Below, piece after piece: positions 26,804 to 37,620 of a stretch of DNA of 59,759 nucleotides. The notes under the pieces were generated by a model. That model made no database searches, was not told the origin of the DNA, and was given only the letters and a program-made list of their open reading frames with translations. The stretch is from a virus (Duplodnaviria > Caudoviricetes), in IMG/VR virus record IMGVR_UViG_3300010267_000001, positions 1-59,759 of that record, one strand, 5' to 3'. The translations under genes were made by a program, and so were the position numbers. How positions within the stretch are numbered: position 1 is the stretch's first letter; every line of letters starts with the position of its first letter.

Positions 26804-29620
26804 TTAATTTAAATCAATCCATATATCATTTATTTGTGGAGAAGTTGGTGCTATTGTACTTGCAGTAATTTTTATTCCATTTGTTCTTTCTGCATTTAAA
26901 TTTGTACAAAGAATACCGTTTGAAACTGGAATTTGATTTGAAGAATTTCCTATCAGTCCATAATTATTATCAAATCGAGATAACCATGTCGTATATGCAT
27001 CGTATGGCAGAGGTTCATTACTTTGATACGCAGCCAGTATCTCTGCATCCGTACGAGCACGGTTTGAGATGCGGAGGTCGTCGATGAGGGAATTGAATTG
27101 ATTTGTACCATTCCAGTGCCCAACATCAATTCTAATAGTCGTAGAAGGCAAAGGAGGATTCGCTATAGTGCCCTTCAATATCCCATCTACAAACAATTTT
27201 GCTTCTAGCGCATTCCATGTAATAGCAAAATAGTGCCATCCATCAGTAATTTCACTATCGGGTACTCGAATAATTTTAATATTATTTTCATCTTTAATTT
27301 GGTATCTCCAGTAATTAGCCGTATTCTCGTGGTATAACCAAATCCCCCTACCAGAACCACCAGCGTCAGCTATAAAAATTGTTGCAAATCGGTTTGGATA
27401 TTTAGATGCACTGTTAACATACGCCCAGCACTCCACCGTTCCCTCCTGCGGATTCAGCACTCCCTCAGTTGGAATCGTCAATACTTCCGCTGACCTTGCA
27501 GTTCCACCAATTTGCCATGATGTACAGTATGGCTTCTCTTCATATTGCAAAAAAGCAACATCGCAATCTATTTCATCATCGACATTTGGTACTCTTAATT
27601 GATGCTGTACAACTCCATTTCCATTGCCTATGATATTTTCCCATATAATTTTTTTCCATCCATCAGATTGTAAAACGGTTTCTTGTCTGCCACCCATATT
27701 TGAATGTACAATTAACGGAGTAATACTTCTGTTTCTCACCCAAATTTGCCCTGAGCAGGCTACCCCACTAGCAGGAGCATATGCGCTATAAACGACTTTC
27801 AGTGGCAATGTTCCGCCACTTGCTTGGATTCGTACTGCGTTTGTACCACCAAAAGGGTCGAGTTGTCCGGGCGTTGCAGTCACCGTAGAGCCGCCTTGTC
27901 TACCTGGATTTAACCCTTGCGATTGGTCTGCTGAATATTTGTTCTCTGTCCCTTCCTCCACCAACACGCCCTTGCCGAACTTGCCCTGCTCAAAACGGGG
28001 AAGGTTCATATTGACAAGTGTACCATCACTTAAGTATGCTGTCGAAGAACGTGTAAAGGTATACAATGAATCTAATATGAACGAATTATTTTTTATTAAT
28101 CTTGTAGTGTTAATACTTATGTCAGCACTTCCATCAAAAATAGTACTACCTACAACATCTCCACTTAATGATATAGTTCTTGCTGTAGTTAATTTATCTG
28201 CTGTTTCTGCTCTATCTACAATTCCATCACTATCAGTATCATATTGGCTTTTCAGCATATCCCCATAACCGCCAGCACTTAAAGCGTTTTGTACAAATGC
28301 AGTAGTAGCTATTTGGTTAGTATTTGTTCCGTTGGGAGCAGTTGGAGCAGTTGGCACTCCTGTAAAATTAGGGGAGGCAAGAGGTGCTTTTGCATCGAGT
28401 GTTGATTGTAAATTTGTTATATTGGTTATTGTATGAGTATGATTTCTTAATGCAAAATCCTCAGCAAATTTTCCATTAAGAGTATCAGCATCTATTGTTC
28501 GTTTAACTGCATAAACTATAGAACCTTGTGCTGGTGTTGGTAATGATGTTACTGGTGTTTGAGTGCCTGCATATGTAAAGTAAAAATAAGAAGTCGTTGC
28601 GGAATAAGAAGATGTAGCAAAACTTCTACCATACCGTTGTTCTGGATTAATTTGGTAAACAGTATTGGCTTCTTTTAATCTTATATAAAATCTTATTGTT
28701 TTTGTTGAAGTAGAAGTAGAATATACAAGTCCTGCTACATCATTTGGAGAAATAGATGTTTTCCCTTCTATTTCTATATGAATAGAAGGTACTTTAGTAT
28801 TAAATTCCGTACTATTTGCATGATAAGGCATACTTGCCTTTAGAATTAATACAAAATCATCTAAATCAGCCAAATTCTTAGTACCGTCATGATTTATTTC
28901 TTGTAATCTGACCCTTATATTAGCACAGTGTCCTCTCAGATAAGATGCATTATATGAAATTGTAAAATATCCGAAGTATGCCCATTGTCCAGTTTTATCA
29001 GTAGTATTAGAAATTGTCGTCGTTCCTAAAGTACCATAATTAGAATATGTAGCTGAATCAGCAGAAGTAGCAACTATATTACTAGCTCTAAAACCAGTAG
29101 CCATTGTAACTTGGACATTTTTTAAAGAACCCACAGCAGGATTAGCAGTAAGGCTTCCTGTAGCCCAAATCCAATCACTTTCAACTAATGGCTCTATTTC
29201 TATTGTTACAACTGAATTTTTATTTACATACAAATCAATGTAACCATAATCTGCATCAAAAGACACTCTACAATATCTTAATACCCAACCATTTTCTGCT
29301 GTTGTATCTGAATTATATGAATGAGAAGTCAATGCAGAAACGGCTGATGTTTGAGAGCTATAATTACCAGCATAATAGGCAATATCCACTATTATTGTAC
29401 TTTCTGTTGTTGTGCCTGTTGGTGTATACGCTTTTACTTTAAATATTGTATTTTTAAAGATTGATGACATTGGTATGGTTGCTACTCTATAATAAGCTGC
29501 TGTACCTGCTGTAGTAGTAACATATTTGTTTTGTTTTACTCTAAAAATAGAAGGATCAAGATTACCTTTGTGCCATATTTCGTTATTATTAAATGTTAAT
29601 TCTCTTCCTAGTAATTTCAT
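26804..29620 (-). CDS. tail fibre protein with carbohydrate-binding-like and LamG (ConA-like) domains
   Basis: KAPLASPNFTGVPTAPT fibre repeat; EGTVECW...WHYFAITW...IDDLRIS LamG. Confidence 0.82.
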   Translation of the reverse strand: MKLLGRELTFNNNEIWHKGNLDPSIFRVKQNKYVTTTAGTAAYYRVATIPMSSIFKNTIFKVKAYTPTGTTTESTIIVDIAYYAGNYSSQTSAVSALTSHSYNSDTTAENGWVLRYCRVSFDADYGYIDLYVNKNSVVTIEIEPLVESDWIWATGSLTANPAVGSLKNVQVTMATGFRASNIVATSADSATYSNYGTLGTTTISNTTDKTGQWAYFGYFTISYNASYLRGHCANIRVRLQEINHDGTKNLADLDDFVLILKASMPYHANSTEFNTKVPSIHIEIEGKTSISPNDVAGLVYSTSTSTKTIRFYIRLKEANTVYQINPEQRYGRSFATSSYSATTSYFYFTYAGTQTPVTSLPTPAQGSIVYAVKRTIDADTLNGKFAEDFALRNHTHTITNITNLQSTLDAKAPLASPNFTGVPTAPTAPNGTNTNQIATTAFVQNALSAGGYGDMLKSQYDTDSDGIVDRAETADKLTTARTISLSGDVVGSTIFDGSADISINTTRLIKNNSFILDSLYTFTRSSTAYLSDGTLVNMNLPRFEQGKFGKGVLVEEGTENKYSADQSQGLNPGRQGGSTVTATPGQLDPFGGTNAVRIQASGGTLPLKVVYSAYAPASGVACSGQIWVRNRSITPLIVHSNMGGRQETVLQSDGWKKIIWENIIGNGNGVVQHQLRVPNVDDEIDCDVAFLQYEEKPYCTSWQIGGTARSAEVLTIPTEGVLNPQEGTVECWAYVNSASKYPNRFATIFIADAGGSGRGIWLYHENTANYWRYQIKDENNIKIIRVPDSEITDGWHYFAITWNALEAKLFVDGILKGTIANPPLPSTTIRIDVGHWNGTNQFNSLIDDLRISNRARTDAEILAAYQSNEPLPYDAYTTWLSRFDNNYGLIGNSSNQIPVSNGILCTNLNAERTNGIKITASTIAPTSPQINDIWIDLN

Positions 29621-29632
29621 ATTTACACCCCC

Positions 29633-32224
29633 TTATCCTGTTACTACAACTCTATATTGTCCACTAGATGGGGCTGTCGCAAAAAGCAATTTTATTTTAT
29701 TAGCATCAACTATTTGAACATCAGTAATAACCTGAGAATATGGACTTACATTTTCTCTTACTAAAACTGTTACATCCATTGTATTAAGATTATGTGTTAC
29801 GGTAATTGCAGTAGAAGAACCATCTCCGATATTTGTTGCATATTTTTTAGCAGGAACATAGCCTAATGTACCTGTTATATCAGATGAAGTTATGTTACTT
29901 CCTGAAGTAACCCTGCCTTTAGAGTCAACTGTAACTTTTGAATATGTTCCTGCTGTTACACCACTATTTGCTAAAGTAGTATTAATTGAAACATTATTAC
30001 TACCGTCAAAAGTAGTTGAACCTGTAATATCGCCAGATATTGATATTGTTCTTGCAGTTTGTAACTTACTAGCAGTAGCAGCATTTCCAGTAAAATTACC
30101 ATTATTATCAATAGATGATTTTGTGCTACCATTCACTTTAAAATCAACTATATTGCCCGTACCAGTTGTATTTATTGTGTTAGCCCCACTGCCAGTTAAC
30201 GTTGTATCGGTATTTTGTGTATGCCTTTTATTAACTGCATCATCTATATTTGCTACAGAGGAAGAAGGTTTTCCAGATAAATCAGACCAATTAACAACAC
30301 CAATTACTTGCCATGAAGAACCAGTATCTCTATATATTTTACTCGTGTCTGTTGCTATATAAATTCTTCCTGCTGTACCAGCAGAAGGCTTTGAAGAATC
30401 AGTTCCTGCTTGAATAGAAGGAGTATTTCCAGCGTTTCGTACACCATCTGTAATACCATATCCTGATAAAGTAGTTGGTTTATCTGATGTAATTTTAGTC
30501 CAACTTAAATTAGGTATATCAGAAGCAGATAAACTCGAACCTGCTGTTACTCTACCTTGCGAATCAACTGTGACTTTAGGATATGTACCAGCAGTAACAC
30601 CAGTATTAGTTAATGAAATGGTATTACCATTCTTTTGTAGTCCAGTACCAGCAGTAATCATACCAGCACCGGAAAACTGAGTAAATGTTAATGTTGAAGT
30701 ATCAAGTGTAATAGGGTCATTGGTAGTTAAAATCCAACCTGAATCAGCATTAGTATTGCCTTCTGTCACCCATACATATAATCCAGCAGTTACTTTATCG
30801 CTTGTGTCTGCATCAGGTGCTCTTGTTAATTTCCAAGGAGAAGAAGAACTTCCTACTTGAGAAACATAATAAATACCATTTTGTTTGGCATCTGATTGAT
30901 TTTTAACTAAAACTCTATCATTTAAAGCAAGAGTTACACCATCTATCAAAATTGCTCCGTTAGAAGAAGCTGTTAAAACACCCGAAGAATAAGTGGCACT
31001 TAAATTACTTGTTGTTGCTACTCTTACTGAATCTTTAACGTCTAAACCTTGTTTTATTGTATCAACATAATTTTTAGTAGCAGCATCTTGAGGATTTATA
31101 GGGTCTGCAACATTAGTTATTTTTTTATTATTCATCGAAACATCAGCAGTAGGGGCAGCCATTTGATTGAGGGTTGATTTTCTAACTTGTGTATCAAAAT
31201 CACTAATCTTTGATGACGTTAATGTTGGTATATCAGATGCAGATAATGTTGTACCACTGGTTACACGTCCTTTACTATCTACCGTTACTTTTGTATAAGT
31301 ACCTGTAGTAACTCCTGAATTAGAAAGAGTAACATTAATCGAAGCATTTGCCGAACCATCAAAAGTAGTTGAACCTGTTGCATCACCTGTAATTGATATT
31401 GTTCTCGCAGTTTGTAATTTTGTCGCTGTAGCTGCATTACCATCTGCATTACCTGTAATACTTGCAGGTAATTTTCCACTACTATTAAGTTTCAATATTT
31501 TATTAGCAGTAGCAGTAGTTGTTACTTCCGATGTGTCAACCTTATTATTTAATGTTGTTTGCAAATTTGTTATATCAGAAATAGAGTGTGTATGTACTTC
31601 ATTAGCAGCACCAATATCCGCAGGGGAAAGAGGGTCGCTTCCGCCAATTTTATGATTTTCAGCATGAATATAATCCATTACATTTGCTACTTGTATATAT
31701 TCAATTAATACCTTAGTACCTGCTTCTACTGCTTCAGTTAATTGTATACTAGTAGAAGATAATTCTGTATATGCAGTTGGTGGTTGTTTTACACCCCATA
31801 TATAAACATCTACACGATTAGTTCCTGTTTTATATGAGCCTTGAGTAAGGTTAAATACAGTTTGACCTTCTGTTGCAATAAATTCTTCTTTTTTCTTTAT
31901 AAGAACATATTGACTATTGTTTGCTATACCAGCTAATAAATTTTGTTTTGTAATTTTCTTATAAAGCCCATCAGAAACATCGTATATTACTAATTCATCA
32001 TTATCCGCACTTTCAATTAACGAAGTGTATTCATGAAAATTTAATTCAAGACCTAAATTAATCCACTTAGAGCCATCCCAACCATAAAATGCATTATCTA
32101 TAGTATTATAATATATTTGTCCTAGAACTGGATTTGACGGATGACTAGTTAAGTTTTGAATCCTTGCATTTTGCAACTCATTCTTGCACAAATCAAGGTT
32201 AGTTAAAAATTTCAAACTGTTCAC
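29633..32224 (-). CDS. tail fibre protein with internal repeats
   Basis: Repeated GNAATA.KLQTARTISI.GD.TGSTTFDGS and SGVTAGTY.KVTVDSKGRVT; RVLVKNQ...QNGIY. Confidence 0.85.
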   Translation of the reverse strand: MNSLKFLTNLDLCKNELQNARIQNLTSHPSNPVLGQIYYNTIDNAFYGWDGSKWINLGLELNFHEYTSLIESADNDELVIYDVSDGLYKKITKQNLLAGIANNSQYVLIKKKEEFIATEGQTVFNLTQGSYKTGTNRVDVYIWGVKQPPTAYTELSSTSIQLTEAVEAGTKVLIEYIQVANVMDYIHAENHKIGGSDPLSPADIGAANEVHTHSISDITNLQTTLNNKVDTSEVTTTATANKILKLNSSGKLPASITGNADGNAATATKLQTARTISITGDATGSTTFDGSANASINVTLSNSGVTTGTYTKVTVDSKGRVTSGTTLSASDIPTLTSSKISDFDTQVRKSTLNQMAAPTADVSMNNKKITNVADPINPQDAATKNYVDTIKQGLDVKDSVRVATTSNLSATYSSGVLTASSNGAILIDGVTLALNDRVLVKNQSDAKQNGIYYVSQVGSSSSPWKLTRAPDADTSDKVTAGLYVWVTEGNTNADSGWILTTNDPITLDTSTLTFTQFSGAGMITAGTGLQKNGNTISLTNTGVTAGTYPKVTVDSQGRVTAGSSLSASDIPNLSWTKITSDKPTTLSGYGITDGVRNAGNTPSIQAGTDSSKPSAGTAGRIYIATDTSKIYRDTGSSWQVIGVVNWSDLSGKPSSSVANIDDAVNKRHTQNTDTTLTGSGANTINTTGTGNIVDFKVNGSTKSSIDNNGNFTGNAATASKLQTARTISISGDITGSTTFDGSNNVSINTTLANSGVTAGTYSKVTVDSKGRVTSGSNITSSDITGTLGYVPAKKYATNIGDGSSTAITVTHNLNTMDVTVLVRENVSPYSQVITDVQIVDANKIKLLFATAPSSGQYRVVVTG

Positions 32225-32231
32225 CTTCTTT

Positions 32232-33221
32232 CTAGTTTAAGTATGCTGTTCCTGCAAACACTCCTACAAGCGAAATATTAATTGTGTTATTGTCTATATA
32301 TTTAACTTCTCCTACAACTACATTCCCTGAACTATCAACAATAGTAACACTAGGATATCTATTTAAATTATGTTTAATGACCCAATTATCGGAAGGCGTT
32401 ATTTGATAATGGGTATATGTATTAAATGTTGCATCTGGAATTTGAGATAAGGGTATTTTGCCATTACTATCTAATGAAGCATAACCATTGGCAACACCTT
32501 TGTTAGCAATATTTTCAGGTGTATATCCCAAAGAATCTTGTTTATTATTCCACGTATCTTTTTCAGCATCCGTAACAAATCTATGGGTTGAATCTTCTAC
32601 AATTATACTTGCAGGATGTGTTGAAGGATGAGTATAAACTGTAGTTTCAATACCATCAATTTTTATATTACCATTTATATTTGAACTCTCAGTTTTATTT
32701 GCATTAGCCGATATTCCTGCTAATTTATTTTTTTCTTCACTTGTATAATCTTCTGTAGATAATCCTTTTCCTTCGATTTTATCAACTTTATTTACAACTG
32801 TGTTCCAAAGATTTCTCTCGTCACTTGTGATATGCTTAATTGCATCTGATATATGAGATACTGCACTATTCCAAGCATCTATTAATGCTTGAGTAATAGT
32901 TTCTAATATTGATAAATTAGAATGTGTATGTAAACTTCCCTGAAATGTAGTAACCGAAGCTAAATCAACATACATATCTTTTGAATTATTATTTGGTAAA
33001 CAAACTAAAACAACCTCATTAATTTGAGGTTGAAATCCAGGACGTACTTTTACATTATTATAAACTTCGCCATTTATAATTATATTTACAGTGCCATCTT
33101 CATTTAAAGATTGCACAATGGCTTTTCTACTTCTATCTGTTTTAGCATTATTAACTTTTTTTTCTACCAATTTCTTTACATTGTTAACGAATTTTTTCAT
33201 TTCGTTTATATCATTAGGCAT
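32232..33221 (-). CDS. tail/baseplate-associated protein
   Basis: KVDKIEGKGLSTEDYT, HPSTHPAS, WVIKHNLNRYPSVTIVD modules. Confidence 0.75.
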   Translation of the reverse strand: MPNDINEMKKFVNNVKKLVEKKVNNAKTDRSRKAIVQSLNEDGTVNIIINGEVYNNVKVRPGFQPQINEVVLVCLPNNNSKDMYVDLASVTTFQGSLHTHSNLSILETITQALIDAWNSAVSHISDAIKHITSDERNLWNTVVNKVDKIEGKGLSTEDYTSEEKNKLAGISANANKTESSNINGNIKIDGIETTVYTHPSTHPASIIVEDSTHRFVTDAEKDTWNNKQDSLGYTPENIANKGVANGYASLDSNGKIPLSQIPDATFNTYTHYQITPSDNWVIKHNLNRYPSVTIVDSSGNVVVGEVKYIDNNTINISLVGVFAGTAYLN

Positions 33222-33234
33222 TTTACCACCTGCC

Positions 33235-35541
33235 TTATCCTATATTTCTAATTGCCCAAACACCTATATTCATAGTAGAGTTGTAGCTTAAATCATAAGA
33301 AATATTACGAATTACATAATTTCCTGTAGTACCGTTATTTTCATCTTCAACATTAATTACATCATCTAACTTTAATTTAAAATTAGGAATACTTGTTATA
33401 TTTACTGTTTCTTGTGCCATTATACTTTGCTGTAATTCATAATTTGCCCTTTGTTGACATAAATCATCGCTGTAAATATTATCATCTTCAATTACTTTAA
33501 CTCTTTCACCAATTTTATCTATAGATAATTCACTTCCAGTTAAATCTTTTGCTGTTGCTGTATATTGATAGCCATTTTCCGTCATGCCGTATACCATTAT
33601 AGAATTTTTAATATCATTCCAATTCAATTCTCTTGTACTTTGTAGATATAATCCAGATGTTGTATATTGCCAAACAGGTGGAGTAATTGCATAATCTTCA
33701 GGTTTAAGTGGATTTTTAAAACATAAATATCCTTCTTCATTATAATAAACCGAATAAGAAACCATATTTGCAAGTTCTAACAACATATCGGCTATTGTAT
33801 CACCTGCTGGTTTTTCTATTGTATATGGAGTTAATACACTACATTCATCAATAATGTATTTTGTTTCACCAATTAAATCTGTAATAATAGATTTAACCAC
33901 TTCATCTATTCTTGTATCAACATTAATTATATATTTATTAGCCAACGTACCTGCAATAGTACCATCTAATAAAACCCATTTATCTAATCCTTGAATTGTA
34001 ACTTCTTTTTGTGTTGGTGTAGACAATAAAGAAGGATTTCCTAATACATATACACCTTGATTGTATAATAAATATTTGTTATCAGCATATTCATATCCAC
34101 ATAATAGCCTGAATTTATTATTAATCCACATTCTAGAAGTAGGAGATGGAATATATTGTTTATTAAAATTTCTTAATGTTAAATTCACACTTCTACGATT
34201 ATTATTTGTAGCATCAAAATTGACAGAACCACTAATTACATCTGCTATTACATCTCCAATTACTTCCTCTTGTGAATTTAACCATTCGATTTTATAAATA
34301 TATTTTTTATTAGTCGAATTAATAATATCATATTCTGTATATATGTTTTCTAATGTAGAAGAAGTATATGCACCTTGTTCAAAATTAAGGTTATCATCAA
34401 AATTTAATTTATATGTTGTCCATTTATCTACAACAAGTGGTGCATTATTTTGGTACGCCGCCAGTATCTCTGCGTCTGTACGGGCACGGGAGGAGATGCG
34501 GAGGTCGTCGAATAAAGCATTCGACGAACCACTTGAAGCATTAAGTTTACCTAGAGACATTATATTGCCTGCAATGCCTGTAAAAGGCTGAGAAGATACA
34601 TATGGCCCATATTTAACGCCATTAAAAAATACACAAAAGGTATTAGAATTTTCCCAACGTATAGCAAAATGATACCACTGATTTAATTTATACCAGGCTA
34701 AATCTCGAGTAATCATCCACGTACCAGTCCAACCTGTAGCATTATCACCTCTAACGTACAATTGTAAGATTTTATTTATTCCGCACCATAGTATCCATGA
34801 GTTGTTATTATAATAGTTACCTACTTGAATAATAGGAGGTGCTGTATGTTGTGAAATTATTGTATCAACTGGCTGATTTATCGGACACCACCAGAATTCA
34901 ATTGTCCCCTCCTGAGGATTCAGCACTCCCTCGGTTGGAATTCTCAGCGTTTCCACTGTCCTTGTCCCGTCCGTAAAGGATGTGGGGTAGGGTTTGGCTT
35001 CAAGTTGAAAATCGGCAAAATAGTAATTGATGGATGTACTTAAGCCAAATATATGCAGTATTTCACGGGAGGTATTTTCTCGCGTCGAAAATGTTAACGT
35101 TATTCGCTTCGGTGTGGTAGAAATATTAATACCTTGATGAGAGCCATATGCGCCGCCTTCATCCCAATGAGTAAAATTACACGAACTAGGTGCATCAGCA
35201 TAAATAGTAATGCTCCATGTGTATACTGTATTTGCTTGAAGTGGAATAGATCCGATTCTTAAGACTTTATCTTGTGGGTTTAAGTTGCACTTAAGCCACT
35301 TTTTACCTTCTATAGTCACCACTTCACAATATGGTCTGTCATAACTATATATCCTGGAAATATTGTAAGTATCTCCACCAAGCTCAAGACATAGATTTGT
35401 CGTCCCCTCTTCCACCATCACGCCCTTCCCAAACTTGCCCTGCTCAAAGCGGGGTACGTTGGCGACAACTTGAGTTCCATTGCTAAGATAAGCAACGGAA
35501 GAACGAGTAAATGTGGGTGGATTAATAATTGGTACACTCAT
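33235..35541 (-). CDS. baseplate hub/tail protein with N-terminal CBM-like + LamG module
   Basis: N-terminal module shared with 26804-29620; C-terminal hub-like region (GLDKW.LLDG, DIKNSIMVYG). Confidence 0.75.
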   Translation of the reverse strand: MSVPIINPPTFTRSSVAYLSNGTQVVANVPRFEQGKFGKGVMVEEGTTNLCLELGGDTYNISRIYSYDRPYCEVVTIEGKKWLKCNLNPQDKVLRIGSIPLQANTVYTWSITIYADAPSSCNFTHWDEGGAYGSHQGINISTTPKRITLTFSTRENTSREILHIFGLSTSINYYFADFQLEAKPYPTSFTDGTRTVETLRIPTEGVLNPQEGTIEFWWCPINQPVDTIISQHTAPPIIQVGNYYNNNSWILWCGINKILQLYVRGDNATGWTGTWMITRDLAWYKLNQWYHFAIRWENSNTFCVFFNGVKYGPYVSSQPFTGIAGNIMSLGKLNASSGSSNALFDDLRISSRARTDAEILAAYQNNAPLVVDKWTTYKLNFDDNLNFEQGAYTSSTLENIYTEYDIINSTNKKYIYKIEWLNSQEEVIGDVIADVISGSVNFDATNNNRRSVNLTLRNFNKQYIPSPTSRMWINNKFRLLCGYEYADNKYLLYNQGVYVLGNPSLLSTPTQKEVTIQGLDKWVLLDGTIAGTLANKYIINVDTRIDEVVKSIITDLIGETKYIIDECSVLTPYTIEKPAGDTIADMLLELANMVSYSVYYNEEGYLCFKNPLKPEDYAITPPVWQYTTSGLYLQSTRELNWNDIKNSIMVYGMTENGYQYTATAKDLTGSELSIDKIGERVKVIEDDNIYSDDLCQQRANYELQQSIMAQETVNITSIPNFKLKLDDVINVEDENNGTTGNYVIRNISYDLSYNSTMNIGVWAIRNIG

Positions 35542-36317
35542 TCAGCATCACCAACTTCCATAAACGAAAAAGTTACACTCGATAATGGTTCAACAAGATT
35601 AATAAATGGTTTATAAGAACAAGTATGAGTATCGACTAACCAAATATCACCTTCATTAGTTCTTAAATATTTTGGTTTACCGTTATTTATAAAATCAATT
35701 ACCTTCTGTCTATAGTTAATGCTAACTTCCATAAAACTATCAATAAGTAAAGCAGTAATTGTTCCACTTTTATATTTTTGATTTCCATAAGACACTATTG
35801 GATATTTATTAAATGTATCATCATAAACATGTCTTTGCTTATTTATTGTTATATCTGAAACTTCTATATTTGCAAAAAGAGGATATGATTCATTAGTAGT
35901 ATAAGTTGCATCAGAAATCCACCAGTAATCAAAATCTATGGCAATTTGAATTAAGAAAGGTTGTCCTTCAATATTGCCTGATACTGGGGATACTTGATAT
36001 TCATAAGTTACACCAGATTTTACTCCAGTATCAATAAAATAAAATTTACCTTCTTGACTTAACGAAGTTACGCCTAAATCTTGCAGTTTTGTAGTGTCAA
36101 TTCTACGCCTCCGAACTCTAAACCCATCTATAGGTAATCCACCTAACGAAATATTACCTGCTTCTAAATTATTTTGGAATTTTGCTAATAAAAAAGTGTC
36201 TATTTGCCAATCTTCTTTATCAGATGATAAATTTATATTATATACATTTTCACGAAGATGTATCTCGTCAACAATACAATTTTTTAATTCTATATAATTA
36301 ATATTACTGACACCCAT
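35538..36317 (-). CDS. distal tail/baseplate protein
   Basis: FN3-like YEYQVSPV; YGNQKYKSG...NGKPKYLR; position in tail module. Confidence 0.65.
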   Translation of the reverse strand: MGVSNINYIELKNCIVDEIHLRENVYNINLSSDKEDWQIDTFLLAKFQNNLEAGNISLGGLPIDGFRVRRRRIDTTKLQDLGVTSLSQEGKFYFIDTGVKSGVTYEYQVSPVSGNIEGQPFLIQIAIDFDYWWISDATYTTNESYPLFANIEVSDITINKQRHVYDDTFNKYPIVSYGNQKYKSGTITALLIDSFMEVSINYRQKVIDFINNGKPKYLRTNEGDIWLVDTHTCSYKPFINLVEPLSSVTFSFMEVGDAE

Positions 36318-36328
36318 TTTATCACCTC

Positions 36329-37600
36329 TTATGCTATAGCTTCTACATGAAGTGTTAAAGTATCGTTAATTTGCTGAATATATAAATAATACTTACCACT
36401 ACTAATTGAAAGACTTGTTACTAATTCATTATTTTTATACAAATGAAATTTATTATTAAAATATAATAAAGATATAAACTCGTCTTGATTATTTTGCATT
36501 TTTAATATTCTTAAATTTTCTTCTGCACCATCAAGTAAATCAATCCATAAATTATTAGTATTAGCAGGAGCATAAATATCTGTTGAAACACTTAAAGTTT
36601 TTGGCGTAGCAAAATTTATATCTTCTATCCATAAAAAATTACTTGTAGGTAGTGCTTCTCTACTAACTACGACTTGCATTGGTAATTCTGTAGATTGCAA
36701 CGAATTATCCAACCAAATAAGAGTAGTGTCTGATAATGGTACATTATAGCTTACAATTTGAGTAGAAGGTAATATATTAAAATTATAATTAGTTACCGAT
36801 TCAATCCACAATTTTAATGTAAAATTATTATTTATGTTAAATCCACTATCAAAATAAACCTTTTTACCATTTCTTACATCTATTTTTTCATTATCTACAA
36901 ATGTACTACTATCTGATTTACCTATAATTTGCACTACATTCCATTGAAGCCTTGTTGCAGCCAATTCTTCTATTTTTGTTGCCTGTAAAGATAATGCACT
37001 TTTAGGCACTTCATATCTTACATGAAAAGGGATTTTGCCTGTAGTTCCTAATAAATTATCTTGCGAATATACTTGTAATTCAATTTTGTAATCTCTTTCA
37101 TTGCTAAATCCTGCAAATTCATACTCAATAATACTTGAATAGGTTATTGGAGAAGTACCTATAATTTCGTCATAAGAATTATATAAAATCATTTGCCATG
37201 ATTTAATTGGCACATTCTGTGCTTGACTATAAGAACCTTGAAATACATAGCTTGTATTTAATATAGTTGAAGTTAAATTAGTAAAACTACAAATCGGTGT
37301 ACTTGAACATTTAAAAACTATCCATTCAGAAGTTGCAGTTTCATTTATTTGATTCCATACTGTAATTTGATATTTATACTGTATACCATTAGTTAATGTA
37401 TTTGCATTTATTACATGAAAATTATTAAATGATATTATTTTACCACTATCTAATATTAAAGAATTATCTATATTTTTATATATTTTTACTTGATAAGCAT
37501 ATTGCCTGTCCCCATAATTTTTCCATGAAACTACAATTTGTTGTGTAGCATCCACAGAAATATTAGAAGGGGAGATATTGACGGGCTTTAAAATTGCCAT
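36329..37600 (-). CDS. tail/baseplate protein with Ig/FN3-like domains
   Basis: Beta-rich; immediately after tape measure. Confidence 0.65.
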   Translation of the reverse strand: MAILKPVNISPSNISVDATQQIVVSWKNYGDRQYAYQVKIYKNIDNSLILDSGKIISFNNFHVINANTLTNGIQYKYQITVWNQINETATSEWIVFKCSSTPICSFTNLTSTILNTSYVFQGSYSQAQNVPIKSWQMILYNSYDEIIGTSPITYSSIIEYEFAGFSNERDYKIELQVYSQDNLLGTTGKIPFHVRYEVPKSALSLQATKIEELAATRLQWNVVQIIGKSDSSTFVDNEKIDVRNGKKVYFDSGFNINNNFTLKLWIESVTNYNFNILPSTQIVSYNVPLSDTTLIWLDNSLQSTELPMQVVVSREALPTSNFLWIEDINFATPKTLSVSTDIYAPANTNNLWIDLLDGAEENLRILKMQNNQDEFISLLYFNNKFHLYKNNELVTSLSISSGKYYLYIQQINDTLTLHVEAIA

Positions 37601-37620
37601 AATAATACCTCCCTTAAATT

